This document shows positions 10,023 through 19,183 of a stretch of 64,000 bases of DNA, in pieces. Source of the DNA: an uncultured Chloroflexia bacterium. Its GTDB lineage: Bacteria > Chloroflexota > Anaerolineae > CG2-30-64-16. The stretch is taken from assembly GCA_963810095.1 (NCBI GenBank), contig CAWEMM010000008.1, positions 96,001 to 160,000 of the forward strand. The letters are read 5' to 3'. The position numbers were made by a program, and so were the translations under genes. The notes beneath the pieces are model-generated. The model did no database searches. It saw only the letters and a program-made list of their open reading frames with translations, and was not told where the DNA came from. Each line of letters begins with the position of its first letter. The stretch's first letter is position 1.

Positions 10023-10491
10023 GACGGCGACGTATCACACTGAGGTCGAGTGGCGCGGGGAACACACGGGGCAGATCGTCATGGGCAACGGGCCGGAGAT
10101 GCCGTTCTCAGCCCCGCCCGATGCTTACGGGCAGGCCGGGGTGCTGACGCCGGAGGATGCTTTCGTGGCCGCGGCCAACACCTGCGTCATGATGATGTTC
10201 CTGTGGGCGTGTGAACGGTTCAAGATTGACCTGGTCGACTACCGCTGCCGGACCGAAGGGACCAAGAAGATCGAGCTCGACCGGACCGAAATCTTCACGC
10301 ACCTGCGCTTCTGGCCGCAGATTACCGTGCGCGCCGATGTCGACGGGGATGCGAGCAGCACCGAAAAGAGGGTTCACAAAGCCCTTGCGTCCGCCCAGAA
10401 GTACAGCCTCGTCGCCAACTCGGTCAAGAGCGAGATTGTCGTGGAACCTCACATCACGGTTCTCGCCGGCGCCGCCGAGGCAGTGCGATGA
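10015..10491 (+). CDS. OsmC/Ohr-family protein
   Basis: TPEDAFVAAANTC retains the first Cys; KYSLVANSV has Ser where the second Cys usually is. Confidence 0.82.
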   Translation: MAKTATYHTEVEWRGEHTGQIVMGNGPEMPFSAPPDAYGQAGVLTPEDAFVAAANTCVMMMFLWACERFKIDLVDYRCRTEGTKKIELDRTEIFTHLRFWPQITVRADVDGDASSTEKRVHKALASAQKYSLVANSVKSEIVVEPHITVLAGAAEAVR

Positions 10492-10841
10492 CGACCGACT
10501 ACCAAGCCTATTACAAGCACCTGGAAGAGCGCCTGACCGAGTTGGGCCGGGAGCAGCCCGGTCCGATGAGCGGCTTCGCCCGGTTGCACAAGAAGGCCGT
10601 CGAGGACGGCGCGCTCAGTGCCAAGACCAAGGAACTGATGGCATTGGCGATCAGCATCGCGGTGCGCTGCGAGGGGTGTATCGCCTATCACGTCCACGCT
10701 GCGATTGCTGCGGGCGCGACACGGCCCGAGCTGCTGGAGACGATTAGCGTCGCCGTCTTAATGGGCGGCGGCCCGGCCTCCATGTACGCGGCGCATGCGC
10801 TGGATGCGATCGAGCAGTTCGGAGCGCCGCCCGGAAGCTGA
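10488..10841 (+). CDS. Carboxymuconolactone decarboxylase/AhpD-family protein
   Basis: KELMALAISIAVRCEGCIAYH, MGGGP. Confidence 0.88.
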   Translation: MTTDYQAYYKHLEERLTELGREQPGPMSGFARLHKKAVEDGALSAKTKELMALAISIAVRCEGCIAYHVHAAIAAGATRPELLETISVAVLMGGGPASMYAAHALDAIEQFGAPPGS

Positions 10842-10854
10842 AGAAGAGGCAACA

Positions 10855-11398
10855 GTGTCAAAGCAACGCCAGCAAGCAGCTCGAGCATCGCAAAACCAGC
10901 ACCCCGACCACGGCGGGTCGCCGTCGGGTTGGCGGCGTGCTTACCGTCCTCATCCTGGCGAGCGTAGTGCTGGCGCTGGGGGCGATCCTCCTCTTGAAGG
11001 AAGGGCGGCCGCCGACGTCAACGATCGTCAACCCGCCGCCCGGCAGCGCTGCGCCGGCCGGCAGCGCGACGGCGGTCGGATCGGCAGCGGACCAGTTGCA
11101 GGCGGCGCTGGCGGCAAACAAGCCGGCCCTCGTCTTCATGCATTCGACCACCTGCCAGTCCTGCATCGACATGATGCATGTCGTGGATCAGGTTTACCCG
11201 GAGTTTGCCGCTCAGATCGCCCTCGTGGATGTCGATGTCTATGACGAGGCTAACGAACCGCTGATGCAAGTGCTGGGCCTACGCTATATACCCACGATCG
11301 TCGTGTATGACCGGGCCGGCAAGGCCGCACAGAATGTGGGCGCCATGAAAGCCGATGCCTTCCGCACTTTCCTGCGCCAGCGCGCCTTGGGCGGCTGA
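10855..11398 (+). CDS. Membrane-anchored thioredoxin (frameshift in 5' part)
   Basis: One TM helix, TCQSC, IPT cis-Pro loop. Confidence 0.78.
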
Positions 11399-11399
11399 G

Positions 11400-12074
11400 A
11401 TGGACTGGGACTTTTCGGTCATCCAGCACATCTCGCCCCTGGCGATCGCGCTGGTCTTTGCGGGCGGCGTGGTGACAAGCATCGGCCCGTGTAACATGGC
11501 CATGATCCCGTTGATCATCGGCTACGTCGGTGGCAGCCGGGATTTGTCACGCGGGCGCAGCTTCGTCCTCTCCACCACCTTTGCAACCGGGCTCGCCATC
11601 ACCTTCATGATGCTGGGGGTGGTCGTGTCGTTCGTCGGCGGGCTGATCGGGACCGGCCACAAGTGGTTCTACTATGGGGTCGCCGGGGTCTGCCTGCTGA
11701 TTGGACTGCAACTGCTGGGGGTCATTCACCTGCCGATGCCCGACTTCCTGGCCGAACGCAGGCAGCGCATGGCCTGGCGGGGTGTGCCGGGAGCCATGGC
11801 GTTGGGGCTGGTCTCGGGATTGGTCGCCTCGCAATGCGCAACACCGGTATTGGCCGCGATCCTGACGTACGTTATGGCGGAAGGTGCGATCGCATACGGC
11901 GCAGCTCTGTTGTTCATTTATGCGCTCGGACGCGGGGTGCCCATCGTACTCGCGGGGACCTTTGCGGGAGTGCTCAAGCAGTTCCGCGTTTTCGGCCGCT
12001 GGTCGGGGGCGATGGAGAAGGTAAGCGGCGTGATTATCATTGGCGTGGCGTTGTACCTGGTGTGGCTGGCGTGA
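11400..12074 (+). CDS. ccdA: CcdA/DsbD-beta transmembrane electron transporter
   Basis: SIGPCNMAMIP and SQCATPVL, about 6 TM helices. Confidence 0.85.
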   Translation: MDWDFSVIQHISPLAIALVFAGGVVTSIGPCNMAMIPLIIGYVGGSRDLSRGRSFVLSTTFATGLAITFMMLGVVVSFVGGLIGTGHKWFYYGVAGVCLLIGLQLLGVIHLPMPDFLAERRQRMAWRGVPGAMALGLVSGLVASQCATPVLAAILTYVMAEGAIAYGAALLFIYALGRGVPIVLAGTFAGVLKQFRVFGRWSGAMEKVSGVIIIGVALYLVWLA

Positions 12075-12096
12075 GAAACGAAAGATAAGGGGTGCG

Positions 12097-12363
12097 ATGA
12101 CGGCTACACCGCAGATCACGATATTACCGGCGCAGGGCTGCCGGCGTAGCCGCAAGCTGCTGGCATACCTGCAGGCGCATGACGTCCCTTTCACGCGCAT
12201 CGAGCTCGACTCAGCGGAAGGCGCGGCGCTGGCGGCCCAGTACGATCTGCGGGCCTCGCCCGGCATTCTGATTGATGGGGTCAGCATCAACCCGTTTGAT
12301 TTGCTGATCCAGCCAGCCTGCCGCGTGGATGAGGCGAAGGCACGCGAGCTGTTTGCTGCGTAG
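12097..12363 (+). CDS. Glutaredoxin-like protein (CxxS)
   Basis: GCRRSRKL...ASPGILIDG. Confidence 0.7.
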   Translation: MTATPQITILPAQGCRRSRKLLAYLQAHDVPFTRIELDSAEGAALAAQYDLRASPGILIDGVSINPFDLLIQPACRVDEAKARELFAA

Positions 12364-12429
12364 CGCCGCGGCCGAGGGCGTACGGACGGCAGAGCACAGC
12401 CTGAACAACCCCTACCTGAAGGAACCCAT

Positions 12430-12603
12430 ATGCCGAAGGTATCTGTAGTGCTCGACGAGCAAGAGCAGCAAGAACTGCAGATGATCCTGACCGATGCGGA
12501 CGATGAGGCGGCACTGCGCTTCTTGAAGGAAGTGGTGTGGGCGCAGGTGCAGGCGGCGCGGCGCAAGGGTTTGCGCAGCCACCTGGAGGCAGGCCAGTCG
12601 TAG
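12430..12603 (+). CDS. Small 57-aa hypothetical protein (missing from the ORF track)
   Basis: AAGGA then ATG; MPKVSVVLDEQEQQELQMILTDADDEAALRFLKEVV...AGQS*; fills the operon gap. Confidence 0.65.
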   Translation: MPKVSVVLDEQEQQELQMILTDADDEAALRFLKEVVWAQVQAARRKGLRSHLEAGQS

Positions 12604-12619
12604 CGCGTCGAGCGGTCGT

Positions 12620-13222
12620 GTGGAGGGCAATTTGACCAGCCGATCAGAAGATACTGAGCCTCTCGTAGGCGCCATAACCCTGGTTCGCACCTTGCCCTGC
12701 CTGGCCGAGCCGGGGAAGATCATCGTCGTCGGGGAGCCGGACGCGACGATCGACGCCGCGTTGCCACTCCTCAACGCCATCCTGCCCAATGTCATCAGCT
12801 ATTACCCCTTGGCCGGCGTCATGACATTGCGACGGCGGCCGGGGCTCATCACGCTCTATCCTCGCCGCGTCACGATCACCCAGGTGGCGGACGTGGAAGA
12901 GGGGCTAACGCTGCTGGCCGCGGTGCGCGACCTGGTCAACCAGGCCTGGTCGCGCCGGAACGAAATCCAGCCGAAGACCGAAAGCCGGCGGGTGCCTCGC
13001 CCGCTGGATGTTTACGAGCTGCTGCCGCGATCGAATTGCAGGTCGTGCGGCGCGGCGACGTGCATGGCGTTCGCCTTCGGACTTCTAGAAAGCCGCTATC
13101 AGCCCGGGGAGTGTCCTGTGCTGGGCGAGGCGGCATTCGACGCGCGGCGCCAGGCGCTCATTGACATGCTGCCGCCACAAGAAGACGGCAGCCCGCGGCC
13201 GGTCAACCTGCATGCCCTATAG
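12620..13222 (+). CDS. (Fe-S)-binding protein, paralog of 1740-2300
   Basis: LPCLAEPGK; LPRSNCRSCGAATCMAFA...CP. Confidence 0.78.
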   Translation: MEGNLTSRSEDTEPLVGAITLVRTLPCLAEPGKIIVVGEPDATIDAALPLLNAILPNVISYYPLAGVMTLRRRPGLITLYPRRVTITQVADVEEGLTLLAAVRDLVNQAWSRRNEIQPKTESRRVPRPLDVYELLPRSNCRSCGAATCMAFAFGLLESRYQPGECPVLGEAAFDARRQALIDMLPPQEDGSPRPVNLHAL

Positions 13223-13231
13223 GGGCAGAAA

Positions 13232-13912
13232 GTGAGCAGTCCCGTGTCCGTCATTACCATCTCCCGGGAGTTCGGAAGCGTCGAGGACGACTTTGGTGAG
13301 CGCGTGGCACACGAGCTGGGGTACCACTGCGTGTGCAAAGAGTTTATCGCCGACGTGTTAGCGCAATACGGCTTGATCGAGTTCGAGCGGGAATACGAAT
13401 CCAAGCCGGGCTTCTGGAACAGCCTGAGTGCCCTGCGGGGTGAGCGACGCAGCGACGTTGTGGCCATGCTCAATCAGGTGCTACAAGCGGTTGCCAAGCA
13501 CGGCAACGTGGTTATCCAGGGGCGCAGCGGCTTTGCGGCCCTGCGCGGGTTGGCCGACGTCTTGCACGTGCGCCTGCAAGCCCCGCTCGAGGCGCGTATC
13601 GAGCGTGTGGCCGGAGAACAGCGCATTACGCTCGACGAGGCTAGCCGGATCGTGAAGGAAGGCGACGGGGTGCGGACGGGGTTCGTGGAAGGGTTCTACG
13701 GGGTGCCGTGGAATTCTATCCAGGCATTCGATCTCGTAATCAACACCCAAAAGGTCGCCACTGAAGCAGCTGTAGCCTGGGTAGCTGAGGCGGCAAGAGC
13801 GCTCGCACTGCGCCCGACCGGCGGTCAGCCGTGCGCCGGCGACCTGGCAGTAGACGACGTTCTGGCGCGGGAGGTCGTGCGGCAGCTCGAGAAGCCTGCG
13901 CGGGCGTGCTGA
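13232..13912 (+). CDS. Cytidylate-kinase-like family protein
   Basis: VITISREFGS, NVVIQGR, LHVRLQAPLEARIERV, FDLVINT. Confidence 0.8.
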   Translation: MSSPVSVITISREFGSVEDDFGERVAHELGYHCVCKEFIADVLAQYGLIEFEREYESKPGFWNSLSALRGERRSDVVAMLNQVLQAVAKHGNVVIQGRSGFAALRGLADVLHVRLQAPLEARIERVAGEQRITLDEASRIVKEGDGVRTGFVEGFYGVPWNSIQAFDLVINTQKVATEAAVAWVAEAARALALRPTGGQPCAGDLAVDDVLAREVVRQLEKPARAC

Positions 13913-14070
13913 CGACACGATGTTCGGAACGGGAGAACGAGCGCAGACAAGGCGCCCGTTCTCCTGGCTGCAGGCCTTCACAGATGTACTTCAGCCGCAA
14001 TTGCATTGTCTCGCTCCCGTCGGCGCCCCATGAGCGTTGAGAGGATCGCCCGACTCGCGCATTTTATCAC

Positions 14071-14130
14071 TTGACAGGCAGTGGGCTGCGTGGTAATATG
14101 TCGGACATCGATATATAGACCTCCGACATA
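14071..14130 (+). promoter_or_regulatory. Sigma70 promoter plus PadR operator
   Basis: TTGACA-N17-TAATAT; inverted repeat TATGTCGGA-N16-TCCGACATA (14097-14130). Confidence 0.72.
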
Positions 14131-14141
14131 AGAGAGGCGTC

Positions 14142-14504
14142 ATGCCACTAGAAGACCCAGGATATTGGAAAGCGCTCGTCAACATGGGCCTGTCGCGCTT
14201 CTTCGTGCTCCGCACGTTACATGAGCGTCCAACGCACGGCTATGCGCTGCTCGACAGCCTCAGTATCTTCACGGAGGGTTGCTGTACCCCCGCCTATGGC
14301 ACGATCTACCCGATCTTGAAGGAACTCGTGGAGGGCGACTATGCGCGAGTAACTGTGGAGTCCGATGGCGGGCGCCAGCGCAAAGTATACGAGCTGACCC
14401 CGCGCGGCGAACTAGCCTACCAGACGGCCATGCAGACCTGGCAGGAAGTGCTCCCCTACATCGAACGCGCTGTGCGAGAAAGCAAAGAGGCGATCAATGA
14501 CTGA
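14142..14504 (+). CDS. PadR-family regulator with vicinal Cys pair
   Basis: PTHGYAL, EGCCTPAYGTIYPIL, RKVYELTPRG. Confidence 0.88.
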   Translation: MPLEDPGYWKALVNMGLSRFFVLRTLHERPTHGYALLDSLSIFTEGCCTPAYGTIYPILKELVEGDYARVTVESDGGRQRKVYELTPRGELAYQTAMQTWQEVLPYIERAVRESKEAIND

Positions 14505-15435
14505 CACGCTACTTCGTTCCGGACAGTTCTTTCTGACCATCCTGGTCGAATTGATCCCACTGTTCCTTATCGTCACGTTCCTTTCCGGGCTCGCGCTGGA
14601 GTACATCTCGCCCGAGAAGCTGCGCCAGGGGCTGAGCGGTAGAAAAGGCATCGTCGGCCAGACGGCGGCTATGGGACTTGGCTGGGTGACGCCCTTCTGT
14701 TCTTGCTCCACGATCCCGATCCTGGCGAGCATGGTGAAGGCCGGCATCCCCATTGGGATTATGACCACCTTTCTGTATGCCTCGCCGTATCCCGTCGAAA
14801 TCGCGATCCCCATCCTGGCGCCCCTGTTCGGCGTGCCTACGGCGGCGGCATTCATGTTCGCGGGCGGCGCGATCGCCCTGACCATGGGCGTCGTCGTGGA
14901 GCACCTCGGGTGGCAACGCCAGATCAAGACCGCGGTCATCGAAAGCAGCGCGGGTGGGTTGGGCGATGCCAGCATCGACCTGGCCGGTGTTGGCCTGGTC
15001 CTCGCGCTGGACGACAGCTTCAGGGGCAAGGCCACGCGTGCGGGTGCATACACGCTGGACTTCGCCCGCAGACTGCTGCCGATCATCATCGTCAGCAGCG
15101 CCATCGGGGCGCTGATCTACGGCTTCATTCCTGAGGAGTGGATCCTGCGCTATGCGGGCGGCACGAGCCTGTTGGTCGTCCCCATCGCCGCGCTCATCGG
15201 CGTTCCTCTCTACGTCAACGCGGCAGCCGTCGTGCCGATCATCTACTCGCTCTCGCTAAAGGGCATGAGCGAGGGCGCCGTGATCGCCTTCCTGATCACC
15301 GCCACGACTATCAGCCCGCCCGAGATCATCATGTTGTCTGCCCTTTTCAAGCAGAAGTATGTCTGGGCGTTTGTCCTGGCCATGATCGTCGGTGCCATCA
15401 TCACCGGCTACCTGTTCAACCTGATTGCTCGCTAG
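14497..15435 (+). CDS. arsP: ArsP/DUF318 permease (copy 2)
   Basis: TPFCSCS, GVPLYV, SPPE. Confidence 0.85.
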   Translation: MTDTLLRSGQFFLTILVELIPLFLIVTFLSGLALEYISPEKLRQGLSGRKGIVGQTAAMGLGWVTPFCSCSTIPILASMVKAGIPIGIMTTFLYASPYPVEIAIPILAPLFGVPTAAAFMFAGGAIALTMGVVVEHLGWQRQIKTAVIESSAGGLGDASIDLAGVGLVLALDDSFRGKATRAGAYTLDFARRLLPIIIVSSAIGALIYGFIPEEWILRYAGGTSLLVVPIAALIGVPLYVNAAAVVPIIYSLSLKGMSEGAVIAFLITATTISPPEIIMLSALFKQKYVWAFVLAMIVGAIITGYLFNLIAR

Positions 15436-15458
15436 TCACACCAACGGAGGATGATCCA

Positions 15459-15800
15459 ATGTCGGATTCCAAGGCGCCGGAAGTCATTACGGTCTCGGGC
15501 GCATGCTGTGCGCCGCAGATGGCGAAGCTGGATCAAGCGCTGGAGAAGGCCCTGCAACAGGCTTTCACGGACCTGGGCCTGACCATCGACGTGCGCAAAG
15601 CAAGCCTCAGCGCCGTGCTGAACAGCGAACAGGCGCTACCGTCGAAGGAGCGCCAGCAAATGCTCGCACTGTTCCAGCGCTACGGCACTCGCTGCACACC
15701 CACCGTGTTCATCAACGGGCAAGTCCGTTTTGCCGGCGTGCCGCCGAGCGTCCAGCAGATCAAGGATGCGCTGCAGGCCGTTGTCGGTGAGCAGGCCTGA
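15459..15800 (+). CDS. Thioredoxin-fold protein with N-terminal CC (ArsD metallochaperone-like)
   Basis: GACCAP...TPTVFINGQVRFAGVPP. Confidence 0.6.
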   Translation: MSDSKAPEVITVSGACCAPQMAKLDQALEKALQQAFTDLGLTIDVRKASLSAVLNSEQALPSKERQQMLALFQRYGTRCTPTVFINGQVRFAGVPPSVQQIKDALQAVVGEQA

Positions 15801-15845
15801 CGCCGGCCGGAAATGACCTGCGCAACGAACCCCAGGAGAGTACCG

Positions 15846-16067
15846 ATGCCAAACTACGAGTATATGTGCCGAGAGTGCGGCAAGCTGTTTGAAGTCCAGG
15901 CAACCTTTGCCGAGAAGAGCGCCGGCCTGCAGCCGGAGTGCCCGGATTGCCATGGCATGGAGACGCACCCGGTCATTACGACCGGACTGCTCGTGCATGC
16001 AAGCCCCGGGCGGTCTGGCGGGAGCTGCTGTGGTCCCGATTCCGGACCATCAGGATGCTGTGGGTAG
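15846..16067 (+). CDS. FmdB-family zinc-ribbon protein
   Basis: MPNYEYMCRECG...CPDC; CC...CC tail. Confidence 0.85.
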   Translation: MPNYEYMCRECGKLFEVQATFAEKSAGLQPECPDCHGMETHPVITTGLLVHASPGRSGGSCCGPDSGPSGCCG

Positions 16068-16097
16068 CTGAACCCAGCGAACGACACCGGAGGATCG

Positions 16098-17321
16098 ATG
16101 ATTCACGACCAATTGCTCGCGGTGGCTCTCGAAAAAGCGCAGGCAGTCTTGAGTCGGGAATGCAGCCCGATCGGGCTGATGGCTTCTCCTGAAGGCTATC
16201 CGCATGTCTGGGCGCGCGACAGCGTCATCACGGCGCTGGGCGCGCTCCACTCGCCCGGCTACGAAAGCTGCCTGCGCGTCTCGCTGGAGACTCTGGCCGG
16301 GCAGCAGTCCGAGTTGGGCGCAATCCCGAACAATGTGAGCGTGGCGACCGGCCGGCTGGATCACACCAACGCCGGCTCGGTGGATTCGAACCTGTGGTTC
16401 ATCCTGGGCCACGCCTTCCAGTATCGTGCCTCCGGCGACGCCGCGTTCCTGCGCTCCCAATGGCCGGCGCTCGAAAAGGCGCTGCTGTGGCTGCGCTACC
16501 AGGACTCCAACGGCTGCGGACTGCTCGAGGTGCACGAGGCGGCGGATTGGGCGGACCTGCTGGCCAACCGCTTCAACATCCTTTATGACAACGTGCTCTG
16601 GTACGCCAGCCTGCGCGCGATGGCGGAGCTGGCCGAGGCGCTGGGCCTCGACGGCGCGCGGTATGGCTGCCTGGCGGATGACGTGCGCCACAAGATCCGG
16701 ATCGTGTTGTGGGTGGGCGAGGAAAGCAAGGGCGAGTGGGGTCCGGGCTGTCCCGGGCACACCGAGTGGAAACACACGCTCAGCCAGGTCGACCCGGTCC
16801 TCGTCAAGCGGCCCTACTTCCTGCCCTACGTGGCCTTCCGCGACTTTGGCGATTATTGCGACGTCTTCGGCAACCTGCTGGCAATCCTCTTAGGAGTAGC
16901 CAACCCGGCGCAGGAAAAGCGCATCCTCGACTACCTGCACCAGGTCGGGATTGCCGATCCGTACCCTGTGCGGGTGCTGCACCCCATCATCTATCCCGGC
17001 AATAAGGACTGGCGCGAGTACTACCGCAACAACAACCTGAACCTGCCCGAGCAGTACCATAACGGGGGGATCTGGCCGTTCGTGGGCGGGTTCTACGTTG
17101 CGGCGCTTGTGAAGGCGGGGCGGCTGGAGGAGGCCCGGCGCCACCTGGTCAAGCTGGTCGAGGTCAACCGCCAGGGCTGCGAGGAGGAATGGGAGTTCAA
17201 CGAGTGGTGCCACGGCCGAACCGGGCAGCCGATGGGGCATCCCCACCAGGCATGGTCGGCTGGGATGTTCCTCTTCGCGTACCGCTGCGTTGACGCAGGG
17301 ATTGTGCCGCTCCTCAGCTAA
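16098..17321 (+). CDS. GH100/amylo-alpha-1,6-glucosidase-like (alpha/alpha)6 glycoside hydrolase
   Basis: YPHVWARDS, DSNLWF, YHNGGIWPFVGG, FNEW...QAWSAG. Confidence 0.8.
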   Translation: MIHDQLLAVALEKAQAVLSRECSPIGLMASPEGYPHVWARDSVITALGALHSPGYESCLRVSLETLAGQQSELGAIPNNVSVATGRLDHTNAGSVDSNLWFILGHAFQYRASGDAAFLRSQWPALEKALLWLRYQDSNGCGLLEVHEAADWADLLANRFNILYDNVLWYASLRAMAELAEALGLDGARYGCLADDVRHKIRIVLWVGEESKGEWGPGCPGHTEWKHTLSQVDPVLVKRPYFLPYVAFRDFGDYCDVFGNLLAILLGVANPAQEKRILDYLHQVGIADPYPVRVLHPIIYPGNKDWREYYRNNNLNLPEQYHNGGIWPFVGGFYVAALVKAGRLEEARRHLVKLVEVNRQGCEEEWEFNEWCHGRTGQPMGHPHQAWSAGMFLFAYRCVDAGIVPLLS

Positions 17322-17403
17322 GCTGGCCTGCAGGTCTTCGTGTGGGCAACACCCGGGTGGCCTGTGGAAATATATCCTTGGATTGTGTTCTCCCCTGCCG
17401 ATA

Positions 17404-17453
17404 TTGACACCCCCGCGCGGCTAGGATATTATATCAAGCAGGTTTGATATAAT
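17404..17453 (+). promoter_or_regulatory. Sigma70 promoter plus operator of arsR-arsC
   Basis: TTGACA-N17-TATTAT; perfect IR ATTATATCAA-N6-TTGATATAAT (17428-17453). Confidence 0.8.
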
Positions 17454-17463
17454 TCCTACGATT

Positions 17464-18243
17464 ATGAGCACGTATCCTAACGGTCGCGCACCGGAAATCT
17501 TCAGGCTGCTGGCGAACGATTTACGTTGGCAGCTGATCGTCGCGCTTGCCCGATCGGACCTTAAGGTGCAGGAATTGGCCGCTCGGACGGACCGGCCACA
17601 AAACCTCGTCTCCTATCATCTCAAGGAGCTCCGCGCGGCGGAGCTGGTTGTCGAGCGGCGTAGCAGCGCAGACGCGCGCGACGTCTACTATAGTCTCGAC
17701 CTCGGCCGGCTCCGCGACCGATTGCTCGAGAGTGGGCAAGTCCTCCATGCAGTTCTGGGAAGCTCCGGTCGGTCATCACGGATAATCGCCGAACGGGAAT
17801 TGCCCGTATCGGTCCTATTCTTATGCACCCGCAATAGTGCGCGCTCCCAGATGGCCGAAGCCCTACTACGGGCGCGCGGTCCGGCGTCGCTGCACGTCTG
17901 CAGCGCAGGCAGTGAGCCGGCTGCTGTTCATCCGTTGGCAATCGAAGCGATGGCCGAGATGGGCATTGACCTGCGCGGGCACGTGGCGAAGCACTTTGAG
18001 CAGCTCGTGGGGCAACACTTCGACTATGTGATCACGGTATGCGACCGCGTGCGCGAGGTCTGCCCCGTCTTTGCGGACGAATCCGAAGCGATCCACTGGA
18101 GCTTGCCCGACCCTGCAGCCGTGACTGGCTCGCCGGCCGAGCGCTATAAGGCGTTCCGGGAGACCGCCGCGGAGCTCACTACCCGCATTGATTTCCTATT
18201 GCCAGCCCTATTGAGTGACTATTCGAAAGGAAGAGACGCGTGA
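17464..18243 (+). CDS. ArsR-ArsC fusion protein
   Basis: N-terminal ArsR HTH (VSYHLKELR) plus LMWP domain CTRNSARS...VCD...VCP...DP. Confidence 0.88.
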   Translation: MSTYPNGRAPEIFRLLANDLRWQLIVALARSDLKVQELAARTDRPQNLVSYHLKELRAAELVVERRSSADARDVYYSLDLGRLRDRLLESGQVLHAVLGSSGRSSRIIAERELPVSVLFLCTRNSARSQMAEALLRARGPASLHVCSAGSEPAAVHPLAIEAMAEMGIDLRGHVAKHFEQLVGQHFDYVITVCDRVREVCPVFADESEAIHWSLPDPAAVTGSPAERYKAFRETAAELTTRIDFLLPALLSDYSKGRDA

Positions 18244-18695
18244 GCAAGGTGAACGTACTGTTCTTGTGCACCGGCAACTCGGCGCGCAGCCAGATGGCGG
18301 AGGCATTCCTCCGCGCGTATGGCGGCGAGCAATTTGAGGCGTTCAGCGCAGGGCTGGATCCGAAAGACATCAGCCCCTACACACGACAGGTGATGGCGGA
18401 GCGCGGCTACGACCTGGCCGGCCAGCGCTCCAAAAATGTCAGCGAATACCTGGCCAAGAAGCACTTCGGCTACCTGATCACCGTGTGCGGTCAGGCTGAG
18501 CAGAACTGCCCGCGGGCGTTCATGGGCATGGGGCGCCGCGTGCATTGGGACCTGGAGGACCCGGCGGCATTCGTGGGGACGGATGAGCAGATACTCGAAA
18601 AGTACCGTCAGGTGCGCGACGAGGTCGAGGCACGAGTTCGTGGTTGGGTCGCCGAGACGCGACCGACACTGCAGGGAGTGAATCTGAATGGCTAA
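18240..18695 (+). CDS. arsC: Thioredoxin-dependent arsenate reductase (LMWP family)
   Basis: CTGNSARSQMAE, VCG...NCP, DP. Confidence 0.9.
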   Translation: MSKVNVLFLCTGNSARSQMAEAFLRAYGGEQFEAFSAGLDPKDISPYTRQVMAERGYDLAGQRSKNVSEYLAKKHFGYLITVCGQAEQNCPRAFMGMGRRVHWDLEDPAAFVGTDEQILEKYRQVRDEVEARVRGWVAETRPTLQGVNLNG

Positions 18696-19116
18696 GCGAC
18701 GAGTGTTGTTTCTATGCACCGGCAACTCCTGCCGCAGCCAATTGGCCGAAGCGATCGTCAACGCGCGCCTGGGCGATGAGTGGGAGGCGTATAGTGCGGG
18801 TACGCAGCCAGCGGGCTATGTTCACCCGTTGGCCGTGAAGGTCTTACGGGAGAACGGTATCGAGCACGAAGGGCGCTCGAAGAGTGCCAACGAGTACCGC
18901 GACATGGCGTTCGACCTTGTCGTGACGGTCTGTGACGATGCCGCCGAGAACTGCCCGGTGTGGTTGGGCAAGGGGCGGCGGGTCCACCTCGGCTTTCCCG
19001 ATCCCGCCAAGGCAACGGGCAGCGCGGACGAGGTGCTGGCCGTGTTCCGGCGCGTGAGAGACGATATTGCACTCCGGGTCACTGAGCTTCTGGAGGAGAC
19101 AAAACTCGGGGCTTGA
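18688..19116 (+). CDS. arsC: Thioredoxin-dependent arsenate reductase (LMWP family)
   Basis: CTGNSCRSQ, VCDDAAENCP, FPDP. Confidence 0.92.
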   Translation: MAKRRVLFLCTGNSCRSQLAEAIVNARLGDEWEAYSAGTQPAGYVHPLAVKVLRENGIEHEGRSKSANEYRDMAFDLVVTVCDDAAENCPVWLGKGRRVHLGFPDPAKATGSADEVLAVFRRVRDDIALRVTELLEETKLGA

Positions 19117-19147
19117 CAAATCGCGAACTATATCGTATAAATACGAT
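19113..19147 (+). promoter_or_regulatory. Promoter plus ArsR operator
   Basis: TTGACA at 19113; palindrome ATCGTAT-AA-ATACGAT; related TCATCG-N8-CGATGA at 19609-19628 before arsM. Confidence 0.7.
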
Positions 19148-19183
19148 GTGAATTGCGAGAGCAGATAGGCGGGGTTGGACGAA

